This document shows, piece after piece, positions 39,049-48,816 of a stretch of 64,000 nucleotides of DNA. Source of the DNA: Candidatus Woesearchaeota archaeon (lineage in GTDB: Archaea; Nanobdellota; Nanobdellia; Woesearchaeales; 21-14-0-10-32-9). Position numbers and translations under genes: made by a program. Under the pieces are notes generated by a model. That model made no database searches and was not told where the DNA came from. It saw only the letters and a list, made by a program, of their open reading frames with translations. The stretch lies in assembly GCA_021736975.1 (NCBI GenBank), contig JAIPET010000004.1, positions 2,008 through 66,007 of the forward strand. The letters run 5' to 3'. Each line of letters begins with the position of its first letter. Position 1 is the stretch's first letter.

Positions 39049-39798
39049 ATGAAAAAAGCAATACTAACAACAATACTACTTACAACAATACTTTACACAA
39101 CAGGATGTAATACTCAAAACGATAAATCCTTCCAAACAAGAAATACACTTACAGAAGAAGAAGTAGAAAAAACAAGAATGGAACTTCTTAACAAAAAAGA
39201 AGAATATTTCAAAGAAAAAGGAATAACTATGGACTCAATCTATGCATATCCAAAAACAACAACAGAACCACTTATCACAGCATATCTAGAAGAATTTAAT
39301 CTTGCAGAAATATATCTAAAAGGAATAACCCCAAATAAAGCAAAAAAATACAAAGATCAAACACTAGAATCCCTCAAAATATATGCACAATTCGGAATAG
39401 AACCAGAATTCGAAAACAAAATTCCTGAACAACTAAAAAAATTCCACATAGTAGATCTCTACAAAACAAACATAGACGCAGATACAATAAAATCAGAATA
39501 CGAAAAATTCAACCAACTAGAATCTACAGTGAAACACGACGGACCAAGAAACATATACGACAACGATTTTGTGAATGTACTCAAAAGCTGCCTTAAGATG
39601 AAAGATTTTGAAAAATACTGGGAAATTAACAACAAATACAAGACACATATAGACTTCGGAGAAGCATATAGTTTCGAAATTAACAAAACTCCTTTCTACA
39701 AAATAAAAGAAGCTGCAAAAACACACTACAAAAAAATCCTAGAGAAAGAAAAGAAAGAATTCGAACAAAGAATAACAAACGCGCTAGAGAGTGAATAA
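39049..39798 (+). CDS. lipoprotein, unknown function
   Basis: Signal peptide with lipobox-like LYTTGC. Confidence 0.5.
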   Translation: MKKAILTTILLTTILYTTGCNTQNDKSFQTRNTLTEEEVEKTRMELLNKKEEYFKEKGITMDSIYAYPKTTTEPLITAYLEEFNLAEIYLKGITPNKAKKYKDQTLESLKIYAQFGIEPEFENKIPEQLKKFHIVDLYKTNIDADTIKSEYEKFNQLESTVKHDGPRNIYDNDFVNVLKSCLKMKDFEKYWEINNKYKTHIDFGEAYSFEINKTPFYKIKEAAKTHYKKILEKEKKEFEQRITNALESE

Positions 39799-39801
39799 AA
39801 A

Positions 39802-40734
39802 ATGACTGAAATAAAACTAATAATAAAACCAAGAGAAGAAATGACCTGGAAACAGTTCATCAAAGAAACACCAGAATACTCAATAGCATTAGATGGAATT
39901 GTAACCGGAGGACCAAACTTTGATGAAAAATCCAAACACGTAAACTTTGATCACCACGGACTCAAACTTCCAAGAGAAGCACTAATGAGCACAGCAAAAC
40001 AAGTTTACTTTGCAATCAAAGGAAACTTATTCAAACTTTTTCAAAATGATGGAATACCCAAAGCAAATATATACATAAACGACACAGACCAAGACACAAT
40101 GCTCGGAGTTTATCAATTAATGAATCATAAAGGATTTGAAGGAATACAAAGCAATGCGCAATTTAATCGACTTTTAGATCTTACAGATAAACTCGATATA
40201 ACAGGCGGTGCATTTCCTATGAATCTTGACGAAAAACTTGTATCGCAACACAACTGGATATTCGAACCATACACAAAACTTAGACAAACAGGAGAGCTAA
40301 ATAAAGCAACAGAAGACATACTAAGAGATAACGTAGAAGCAATGACTCTAAGAATAAACAAATTCCTATTAGGACAAGGAGGGAAAAAACCACTAGACAC
40401 AAGACATAAAATAATCTACAACTCGCCAAAATTTGTAATGATAGATGAAATAGGAGGAAATGAAGCACGATATTATTTATTTTCAAAAGGAATGGACGCA
40501 TACATAAGCATAGTTGGAAATATGCCTGGAGGGAGAAGAAACATAACTGTGGGAAGATCATCAAAATACGTTCCTTTTGATGTACCTGGACTAGTAAATC
40601 ACTACAACAAAAATGAAGACATGGAAAATCCTTGGGGCGGGTCAAGTCTTGTCGCTGGATGTAGAAATGTAGGAACATCATTTAGCAACCAAAAAATAAT
40701 CGATTTAACAAACGAATACCTTGATAGAAAATGA
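39802..40734 (+). CDS. hypothetical protein (FDHHG and GGSS motifs, possible phosphoesterase-like)
   Basis: 310 aa. Weak DHH/GGGH-like motifs in atypical order. Confidence 0.4.
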   Translation: MTEIKLIIKPREEMTWKQFIKETPEYSIALDGIVTGGPNFDEKSKHVNFDHHGLKLPREALMSTAKQVYFAIKGNLFKLFQNDGIPKANIYINDTDQDTMLGVYQLMNHKGFEGIQSNAQFNRLLDLTDKLDITGGAFPMNLDEKLVSQHNWIFEPYTKLRQTGELNKATEDILRDNVEAMTLRINKFLLGQGGKKPLDTRHKIIYNSPKFVMIDEIGGNEARYYLFSKGMDAYISIVGNMPGGRRNITVGRSSKYVPFDVPGLVNHYNKNEDMENPWGGSSLVAGCRNVGTSFSNQKIIDLTNEYLDRK

Positions 40735-41058
40735 AAGAAAACTATGAAAGAAAATATTATTCATTAGATATGGTTTCAGAAATTTCTGAAAAAGAAATAA
40801 TTTTCGAAGGAATAGAAAAAGAGCTCGAAAACTGGGAACTAATAAGGAAATGAATGATTTTACTGGGCACGAACCTAGTTTCAAAGAGCCATCATTTTAT
40901 CATAACTCCCAAGTCTAATAATGCTGCAACATTAGAAAAAAAACACTAAAATATGGGCATGTAAAAATAGGTTGAGTGGAGATTTATTTAACAGGAACAA
41001 AATCAGGAATAAACAATATTTTAGAAAATATAGCAAAAACGTATAAGGAGAAAACAAA

Positions 41059-41799
41059 ATGACACTAACTGAACAACAACAAAAACAAATAGATAAACAA
41101 AAAGAAGCACACCAGCACGAAAATTATAAAATAGATCTAAAAATAACAGAAGACTTTATTTTAAAAGACTTTGAAGTGCATAAAGATATACTAAGACCTG
41201 AAGTTATGACCTCCATAACATTAGCAAGATGGCTTTATTATCACAAATCTCTATATGAAAACAGACCTGTTCTAGATATGGGAAGCGGGACTGGATTACA
41301 AGGAATAATAACTGGATTAAATGGAGCTCAAAGAGTTGATTTTATAGATTCAGAAAAAAACTGTGTGAAAAACACAAAAACAAACGCAAAAAAATATCTT
41401 AAAAATTTAGAATACGAAACAATACAATCAGATTTATTTAGCAATAACGAAATAGAAAAAATAGAAATGCCTGGAAAAGGAAGACACGAAGTATACATAT
41501 TCAACCATCCCTTCTTCTCACAAAAATATATAGGTCCTGTAAATAAAAGCATGGAAAGCAATAGAAATATTGGAAAAGAATTTTTGATGCAATTATATTT
41601 CAAGATAGATGAAGACGACGACATAATCATGCCTTTTTATCATAGAGCATCAATAGAAAATGACCCAGAAACATTAATCGAAAAAGGAAATCTCTATGGA
41701 TTCTTTGAAATACAAACAAAAGAAACAGTAAATATACTTTCAGGACTCCAACAAGGAAAACAATCAATCTACCACATCAAAAAAATAAGCGAACAATAA
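41059..41799 (+). CDS. class I SAM-dependent methyltransferase (HemK/RsmD-like N-methyltransferase type)
   Basis: SD AGGAG upstream. Motif I VLDMGSGTG and motif IV IFNHPFF. Confidence 0.6.
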   Translation: MTLTEQQQKQIDKQKEAHQHENYKIDLKITEDFILKDFEVHKDILRPEVMTSITLARWLYYHKSLYENRPVLDMGSGTGLQGIITGLNGAQRVDFIDSEKNCVKNTKTNAKKYLKNLEYETIQSDLFSNNEIEKIEMPGKGRHEVYIFNHPFFSQKYIGPVNKSMESNRNIGKEFLMQLYFKIDEDDDIIMPFYHRASIENDPETLIEKGNLYGFFEIQTKETVNILSGLQQGKQSIYHIKKISEQ

Positions 41800-41800
41800 A

Positions 41801-42382
41801 ATGAAACTTCAAGACACAATAACAGACCCATTCGCAGAAAAATTAGCCGCAAAATTAATAGGGGACAAATACTACGATTTTCTTGGAGAAATAAGATTAA
41901 ATCAAGATACAAAAAATATAATAATTGACAAACAATTATTTAAAAAAAATAAAAAAGAATTTTTTCAAAAATATAATTATGACTATCTAACAAAAGAAGA
42001 TGGATTATACGTAGTTAACAATTTAGGCTGGACAAATAAAATAGGAATGAAAAGAGCAATAACTAAACACAGAAAAGTTTTCAAGAAAAGCATCCCTTAT
42101 TATACACTAATAATAAAGCCAGAAGATATAGAATATATTGGAACAAGACAAATTAATTTAGGCTTCTACAATTTTAATAACATGACATTGGTAACTTCTC
42201 CTGTAACAAAAAACTTCAACACCTATTTATTTCACGCATTTTTTGATAATAAATCAGGAGACCCTGTTTACAAAATGCATAGCGGCATATACCTGCAAAG
42301 AGACGCAGGAACTAAACGTTTAGAATACAAGACGCTAACAGATCTAACTCAAATAAAATTATTGGCGAAATTATATTGGTGA
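41801..42382 (+). CDS. hypothetical protein
   Basis: 193 aa. Start overlaps the methyltransferase stop. Confidence 0.4.
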   Translation: MKLQDTITDPFAEKLAAKLIGDKYYDFLGEIRLNQDTKNIIIDKQLFKKNKKEFFQKYNYDYLTKEDGLYVVNNLGWTNKIGMKRAITKHRKVFKKSIPYYTLIIKPEDIEYIGTRQINLGFYNFNNMTLVTSPVTKNFNTYLFHAFFDNKSGDPVYKMHSGIYLQRDAGTKRLEYKTLTDLTQIKLLAKLYW

Positions 42383-42580
42383 AATTAGAATGAATGAATC
42401 AGAGTTTAGACAAAAAACCTGTTAATACCTGAATGAGGCAAACATCATAATTATTCTGGATACAAGATATTTAAAGTTGAGAAAAAATAAAATTTTATTA
42501 ATAATTAATTTCTATATTATAAATAAATAACCATTTAAAGCAAAACGTTTAAATACTGAAAGAACAAAATTCTATATAAA

Positions 42581-44260
42581 ATGGTGAGAAAAGGACAAAC
42601 TGGCTCAAATGCAGGCATCACAATAATAGTAGTTGTTGTATTAATGATTTTATACTTATTATTTTTACCTCCTGGAGACCGACAAACAATTCTAGAAGGA
42701 GGAGTTCCAACAGGAATGCATAATACAAACGGAAACGATGACGGAACATACACGAGTTCAGGCACATTACAAAAATATTTACTAAGAGAAAACGTAGGAA
42801 ACGTATATGAACAAGATAAAGATGAAATAACAATAAACCTTCTAACAGCAAACATAGGAACAAACACACAAGCACAAATAATAAAACAAAAAAATGTAGT
42901 ATATATAAAAAATTCAGCGTTTCAAGACATAAAAGATTCGATGACATTTGAACTAGACTCCGACTTAGCAGAAAACCTAATACTAAGTTTTAATTCAGAA
43001 AAAGGAGAAGGAACACTCCAAGTAGCAATAAATGGAGAAACAATATACAGAGGAGAACTAAAAAACAAAAATTCACCACCAATATATATAGAAAAAGAAC
43101 AACTCAAAGGAATAAATGAAATAACATTTGAAGTAGACAACCCAGGAATAATATTTTGGAGATATAACGAATACTTACTATCAGATGTAAAAATAATAGC
43201 GGATGTAACAGACGTAACAAACTCAAAAAATGAACAAACATTCAGCATAAAAGAAGCAGACTACGAACAAATAGACACTGCGAGACTCAAATACATACCT
43301 GTATGTAAAGAATACGAAATACAAAATATGGAAATAATCCTAAACAATCAAAGAATATTCAAAGGAATACCAGATTGTAATGCACATAATTTCATCGCAA
43401 TAAGCAAAACACAAGTAAAATCAGGAATAAACGAATTAGAATTCAATGTAGAAAAAGGAACTTTGCTAGCAGATAGACCTGAACTACAACTAAAATTCAG
43501 CGAACCAGAATACCCAATATATTACTTTGAATTAAATGATAAATACTTTGATACACAAACTAAAGAAAAACAATGTGGCGACATAGACGGACAATGCCCA
43601 TCAGGATGCACAGAAGATGAAGATAAAGACTGTTGTTTCAAAAGATCCTCAAATTATTGGTGCGACACAGATACAAATAATTTTAACGATAGATGCATAA
43701 GTTTTGTAGCAGACTGCGATCGATGCGAAGCAGGATATGAAGACAGATCAGGAGATGCACCAGACAGATGCGTAGACGAATACGAAGACACAGGATACTG
43801 TGGAGATGATGATGATGACTATTGCCCAACAGGATGTTCAAAATACTACGATAAAGACTGTTGCTTTGAAGATGGACCAAATTACTGGTGCGAAGACGTA
43901 CCAAGACAAGGACTAGAATCAGTATGCGAAGCAGAAATAGATGCAAACGAATGCGATGACTGCATATACGGATATAAAGACGAAGACGGCGATAAACCAA
44001 GTTGTAATTTAAACACAATAACAGACGAAGACGAACAATTAAGCGAAATGTACGACATAAAATACGAAATGACATTTCCAAATAATGATAAAAAAGAACT
44101 AAACATATGGATAAATGGGAAAAAATTTGGAATAAATACATTAGAAGAAAAATATGACAGATTAATAGATGAATACGTAAAATCAGGATCAAACTCAATA
44201 GAAATAAGACCTGAAAAAGACGCAACAATAACAGAACTAGTAGTGAAACTACTAAGATAA
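42581..44260 (+). CDS. membrane-anchored surface protein with C-terminal duplicated Cys-rich module
   Basis: N-terminal TM (ITIIVVVVLMILYLLFL). Two copies of C..GC.(E/K)..DKDCCF......NYWC(D/E). Confidence 0.55.
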   Translation: MVRKGQTGSNAGITIIVVVVLMILYLLFLPPGDRQTILEGGVPTGMHNTNGNDDGTYTSSGTLQKYLLRENVGNVYEQDKDEITINLLTANIGTNTQAQIIKQKNVVYIKNSAFQDIKDSMTFELDSDLAENLILSFNSEKGEGTLQVAINGETIYRGELKNKNSPPIYIEKEQLKGINEITFEVDNPGIIFWRYNEYLLSDVKIIADVTDVTNSKNEQTFSIKEADYEQIDTARLKYIPVCKEYEIQNMEIILNNQRIFKGIPDCNAHNFIAISKTQVKSGINELEFNVEKGTLLADRPELQLKFSEPEYPIYYFELNDKYFDTQTKEKQCGDIDGQCPSGCTEDEDKDCCFKRSSNYWCDTDTNNFNDRCISFVADCDRCEAGYEDRSGDAPDRCVDEYEDTGYCGDDDDDYCPTGCSKYYDKDCCFEDGPNYWCEDVPRQGLESVCEAEIDANECDDCIYGYKDEDGDKPSCNLNTITDEDEQLSEMYDIKYEMTFPNNDKKELNIWINGKKFGINTLEEKYDRLIDEYVKSGSNSIEIRPEKDATITELVVKLLR

Positions 44261-44368
44261 AAAAAGTTCTAAACTATAAACCAAAAACAAAGCTAAATAA
44301 TAGCATCACAATATTTGCTGCATAAAAAATTTATTAAAAATAAAAATGCCAAAAAGAGCGTATCTTAA

Positions 44369-46153
44369 ATGAACATGAAACTTGGAGAAAAAATTAGCGC
44401 GACAAAAAAAGCAGCATTTGAAACTTATTCAAAAATAAAAGAATATAGAGAAAGAAAAAAAATAGTTTCAAAAATAAAAAAACAAGAAAAAAATAAAAAG
44501 AACGAAATTAAAGAAGAAAACAAAAAACAAAAAAATAACAATAAAATGGTTCAACAAAATAATAACATACCAAATAAAAGAGACAAACACCACATAGACT
44601 CATCACACCTTGGTGGAATAAACGCATTATATATGACAGCAATATTAGTACACATTCTAGATTGGTTATTATTTTCATTTAGAATAAGTCCAGGCACAAT
44701 AGTAAGCAGAGTAGTAGCATACATAGCATTAGCAATAGGAGCGCATTTCGTATTAAGAAATGAAAGCTGGACAGATAGCATAAAAGAATTCTGGCCACTA
44801 GTAATAATACCAACATTCATAATACCCCTTGTGGGAGAATTTGCAAAAATGTTCACATACTCAGCAAGATATGCAGACACAATTGCTGCTTTTGCATTTG
44901 CAATACCAATATGGCTATTATATTTAAACTCAATAACAAGAGATGTTCCTGCAAAAGAACAAACAATATTTATGAAAATTGGAAAAAGATACATACTTAT
45001 TCTTGCAATATTCGCAATAATAAATTTATCAATTGTCACAACAATGAGCATAGCAGAATTTGATGCACTAGGAACCACAGGAATGGATATTGGAATAGCA
45101 ACAAACACTCTTTGGGAATTTATAACAGGAACAGTAGATACTCTAGGCTCGAGCATAAACGAAAGCATAAATAGAGTCTATGAAAACTCGATAGGCGTAT
45201 GGTATAAAGGCCGCGTAGAAGAAGGAAAAGAAAACTCAGGACTATACATAAAAGACTTTAGAACATTTGGAGAAAAAACAAAATATTACAAAGGAGACAC
45301 AATAGAATTAATAGCAGACATAGAAGCAAAACAACTTGAAAAAGAAACACTAATAGACACAAAATGCTACATAGAAGAACTTGGAATAAGTGGATACAAA
45401 CAAAAACAAGAATTACAAGGAACAATAGAAATAGCAGGAAAACCAATCAACTCACTTATAAGATTTGATGATGTTATATCCTCAGAAACAATATTATGTG
45501 TTGTAGACAGTGAATTATTAAAAACAGGAAGATACCAAGCAAAACTAGTAGGAACATTAAATTTCACAACAGAAGGAACAGTACAATACATATTATTATC
45601 AAGAGAAGACATACAAGCACTATCAAAATCACAAAGAGACAATATAAACGGATACTTAAACATACCAATAAAGCCATGGGCAGAATACACACAAGGACCA
45701 TTATCCTTGAAAATGTCTTCAGAAAATCACAAAAACCCAGTATTAGTAAGTAGAGAAAGTCCAACATCTTCAATAAACACAATAGGATTCTTACTCTCAA
45801 CAGAATCAATGAATACAAACTCAAGAAACGGAATAATAAAAAGAATTAAAGAAGTAAGAATAGAAGTTCCGCCAGAATTTGACTTAGACTGTTCAACAGG
45901 AGAATTCTTAGGCCAAACAATAAGACAACAAACAGGATACAAAATATACAAATATAACTACCCATCACAAAAATATTATGATTTGCACGAATTACCACAA
46001 GTATGCCGAGCAACAATAAATTCTGCAAACGTAAACAAATTATTAACAGGACCTATAACACCAACAGAAATATATGTATTCGCATCCGTAGACTACGAAT
46101 ATGAATTTATAAGAAGATCACAATCATTTAATGTACTAGAGGCAAATTCATGA
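44369..46153 (+). CDS. polytopic membrane protein with Lys-rich N-terminal tail and large extracytoplasmic C-terminal domain
   Basis: 594 aa, about 5 TM helices. Confidence 0.5.
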   Translation: MNMKLGEKISATKKAAFETYSKIKEYRERKKIVSKIKKQEKNKKNEIKEENKKQKNNNKMVQQNNNIPNKRDKHHIDSSHLGGINALYMTAILVHILDWLLFSFRISPGTIVSRVVAYIALAIGAHFVLRNESWTDSIKEFWPLVIIPTFIIPLVGEFAKMFTYSARYADTIAAFAFAIPIWLLYLNSITRDVPAKEQTIFMKIGKRYILILAIFAIINLSIVTTMSIAEFDALGTTGMDIGIATNTLWEFITGTVDTLGSSINESINRVYENSIGVWYKGRVEEGKENSGLYIKDFRTFGEKTKYYKGDTIELIADIEAKQLEKETLIDTKCYIEELGISGYKQKQELQGTIEIAGKPINSLIRFDDVISSETILCVVDSELLKTGRYQAKLVGTLNFTTEGTVQYILLSREDIQALSKSQRDNINGYLNIPIKPWAEYTQGPLSLKMSSENHKNPVLVSRESPTSSINTIGFLLSTESMNTNSRNGIIKRIKEVRIEVPPEFDLDCSTGEFLGQTIRQQTGYKIYKYNYPSQKYYDLHELPQVCRATINSANVNKLLTGPITPTEIYVFASVDYEYEFIRRSQSFNVLEANS

Positions 46154-47217
46154 AAAAAATAACAATAACAATCTTACTATTAATATTACTCATAGTGAGT
46201 GGCTGCGGAGGAAATGTAAAAGCAAATTTACCAAATCAATATGTAGGCACTGAAGGATTAACAATAAAATATTGGGATAATATGCCACCAAAAGAAGTAT
46301 ATGAAGATCAAGAAATAATACTAGGATACGAAGTAAAAAATAAAGGAGCAACAAGCCTAAACGAAACAGACATATATGGAACAATAACAATAAAACACAA
46401 CGAACCATACTTAGAACCAAAAGAAAAAATACAACAAAAATTCTACCTACACGGAAAATCACTAGATTATCCAATAGGAGAAAGTTTATTCGTAGAAGGA
46501 GCAGCTTATAAAATACAAAGACTCATAGGACAAGACCAAACATTTTTTGCAACAATAACATCATCACTATGCTACCCATATAAAACAACACTAACAGAAA
46601 CAATATGCGTAGACACAGATTTTCAAAACTCAGAATACCAACCAATATGTAAAAATCAAAAAATGTACAACTACAAAAGTGGACAAGGAGCACCAATAGC
46701 CATAACAAAAATGGAAGTAGCAATGCTACCACAATCAATAAAAGAAACAGATCTAGGAACATTTAATGTAATAAACGAAATAGCATTTGGAAATACAAAT
46801 CCAACAACAGAAATCATAAAAGGAAATAACTTTGCAATACGACCACAAATAAAACTAACAATAGAAAATAAACAAAAAGGATTTCCTTTAATAGATACTC
46901 AAAGCATAACAAACTTACTAAAAACATTCGGTGGACAAGCCTGCGAAAATGAAGAAACACAAGGATTAAATCAAGTATATGTAAAAGCAAAATTAGGAAA
47001 TTATGAATTAAAATGTCTACCTGAACTATTACACCTAGGAAAAAACAAAGAATTAACATGCACACTAAAACCAGAAGATATAACATACATAAACCAAAAT
47101 TACTTAATACCTCTAACAGTAGAAATATATTATAATTATCAACAAACATTCAAAAAAGCAATACAAATAAACAGATTACCAGAAGTCGTAAGAACAGACC
47201 CCTACCAACTACCATAA
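46150..47217 (+). CDS. secreted lipoprotein-like protein, paralog 1 of 3
   Basis: Signal peptide plus SGCGG. Shared motifs YVGTEGL and GAPIAIT with the next two genes. Confidence 0.55.
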   Translation: MKKITITILLLILLIVSGCGGNVKANLPNQYVGTEGLTIKYWDNMPPKEVYEDQEIILGYEVKNKGATSLNETDIYGTITIKHNEPYLEPKEKIQQKFYLHGKSLDYPIGESLFVEGAAYKIQRLIGQDQTFFATITSSLCYPYKTTLTETICVDTDFQNSEYQPICKNQKMYNYKSGQGAPIAITKMEVAMLPQSIKETDLGTFNVINEIAFGNTNPTTEIIKGNNFAIRPQIKLTIENKQKGFPLIDTQSITNLLKTFGGQACENEETQGLNQVYVKAKLGNYELKCLPELLHLGKNKELTCTLKPEDITYINQNYLIPLTVEIYYNYQQTFKKAIQINRLPEVVRTDPYQLP

Positions 47218-47242
47218 AAAACAAAACAAACTATATTCTTAA

Positions 47243-47410
47243 ATAAATTAGGATACAAAAAAAATTATTAAAAATACAAGATTCAAATAATATAATATGA
47301 AACAATTCTTTTTGTATTTTCAAATACCAATATTGACTCCACCAAAAACAAAAAACCAATATTTGCATATATTTTTGCAATACAAAATACAAATAATACA
47401 AATTAACATC
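47243..47410. repeat. Family-3 intergenic repeat, copy 2
   Basis: TAAATTAGG...TTCTTTTTGTATT...TATTGACTCCACCAAAAACAAAAAACCAATATTTG...TTTTGCAATACAAAATAC homologous to 4464-4600. Confidence 0.45.
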
Positions 47411-47484
47411 AAAGCAACACTGAGAGTTTCATAATATCCCTCAAAACAGTAACATTTAAATACAAAAAAACCTAAATTCCACTT

Positions 47485-48798
47485 ATGAAACCCAATAAAA
47501 CAATAATCATTCTATTAATAATAGCACTAATACTAATAACAGGCTGTGATTTTATAGGAAGCGAAAACAGAGGATGTACTGCTGGAGACGCTTGCAGATA
47601 CTATACAGGCACAGAAGGAATATGGATGTATGAAGAAACACCACCAAGATATTTATACTATAGATCAGAAGATGTGGCAGATCCAGATGGAAACGCAATA
47701 GATATAAGTGTAAGAGTAGAAAATCATGGAGCAAGCGAAGCAAAAGGAGCAGTATTCTTAACAGGATTCGCAGAAGGAATGAGCGACATATTCATAGTAG
47801 AAGATAACGGAAATTTAAGAGAAGTAACAATATCAAACATACTAGACGCATGCTATTTTGATTTAGATACAGTAGGAGGCGCATCAAGCCTAACCAATAT
47901 GTTCGGATTATTTAGTTGCGGTGGATTCACAGGAGGCAATAGACCAGGTGGGTGGAGCATAGGAACAAACTTTAAACAAGTAGCAGAAACATTCGGATGG
48001 AATCTAGGAGGCCTTGAAGCATTAAACTTTGAACTAGGAAGAGATTACGACTCAGGATGGAACTTCAAACTAGGAGTTGACGACGAATACTTCAACTTCA
48101 TGTATAACGGAAGAGCATTAGCATTTTTAGTATCAAACCTAGACTTAGAAAGATGGGGTGGCGCAGGATACAACCTAAATGGAGATAATCAAGACACACC
48201 AGGCGGAGATGTAGACTATAAACAATTCAAAGTAAAAATGGAAGGAACATGGCCAGCAGGACAAGATTTCTTTGACATAAGATATCAACTAAAATCATGC
48301 TACGGATACACAACATACGTAAGTCCAATGCTATGTATAGACTCAGATCCATTCTCATCAGAAGACAAAGTTTGCGTATCAGAACAAATGAACTTTGGAG
48401 GAACACAAGGAGCACCAGTAACTGTAACAAATGTAGACCAAACAAACACAGGAAAAGAACTAATACTCGACTTTGAAATAAGAAATTCCGGAAACGGAAA
48501 AGTATGGGATGTTGGAAGACTAGAAGCATGCAGCCCCTATTTCCCAGGAAGTGTAAAACCATCATATCATGACGTAGTATACATAGGACCTGCAAGAGTA
48601 GGATATAGAGAAATAACATGCAATACAAGAAAAGTAAGACTAGATCCAAAATCAGGAACAGGAAGATTCACATGTAGAGTACCATCAGAAATAGGAGGAG
48701 ACGTTGGAAGCGGAACACAAATACCTCTACAAATGGAACTATGGTACGGATACGAAGAAGTACAAACAAATCAATTAACAGTCAGAAAATTAAGCTGA
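47485..48798 (+). CDS. secreted lipoprotein-like protein, paralog 2 of 3
   Basis: Signal peptide plus ITGC. YTGTEGI and GAPVTVT motifs. Confidence 0.55.
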   Translation: MKPNKTIIILLIIALILITGCDFIGSENRGCTAGDACRYYTGTEGIWMYEETPPRYLYYRSEDVADPDGNAIDISVRVENHGASEAKGAVFLTGFAEGMSDIFIVEDNGNLREVTISNILDACYFDLDTVGGASSLTNMFGLFSCGGFTGGNRPGGWSIGTNFKQVAETFGWNLGGLEALNFELGRDYDSGWNFKLGVDDEYFNFMYNGRALAFLVSNLDLERWGGAGYNLNGDNQDTPGGDVDYKQFKVKMEGTWPAGQDFFDIRYQLKSCYGYTTYVSPMLCIDSDPFSSEDKVCVSEQMNFGGTQGAPVTVTNVDQTNTGKELILDFEIRNSGNGKVWDVGRLEACSPYFPGSVKPSYHDVVYIGPARVGYREITCNTRKVRLDPKSGTGRFTCRVPSEIGGDVGSGTQIPLQMELWYGYEEVQTNQLTVRKLS

Positions 48799-48816
48799 AT
48801 TCGGAGGTAAAATAAA

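Noticed and set aside
40730-40855. 41-codon ORF (MKENYERKYYSLDMVSEISEKEIIFEGIEKELENWELIRK) in the spacer between 39802-40734 and the methyltransferase
   Set aside because: It is too short and unsupported to call. It is mentioned only because the 320-bp spacer is otherwise unexplained.
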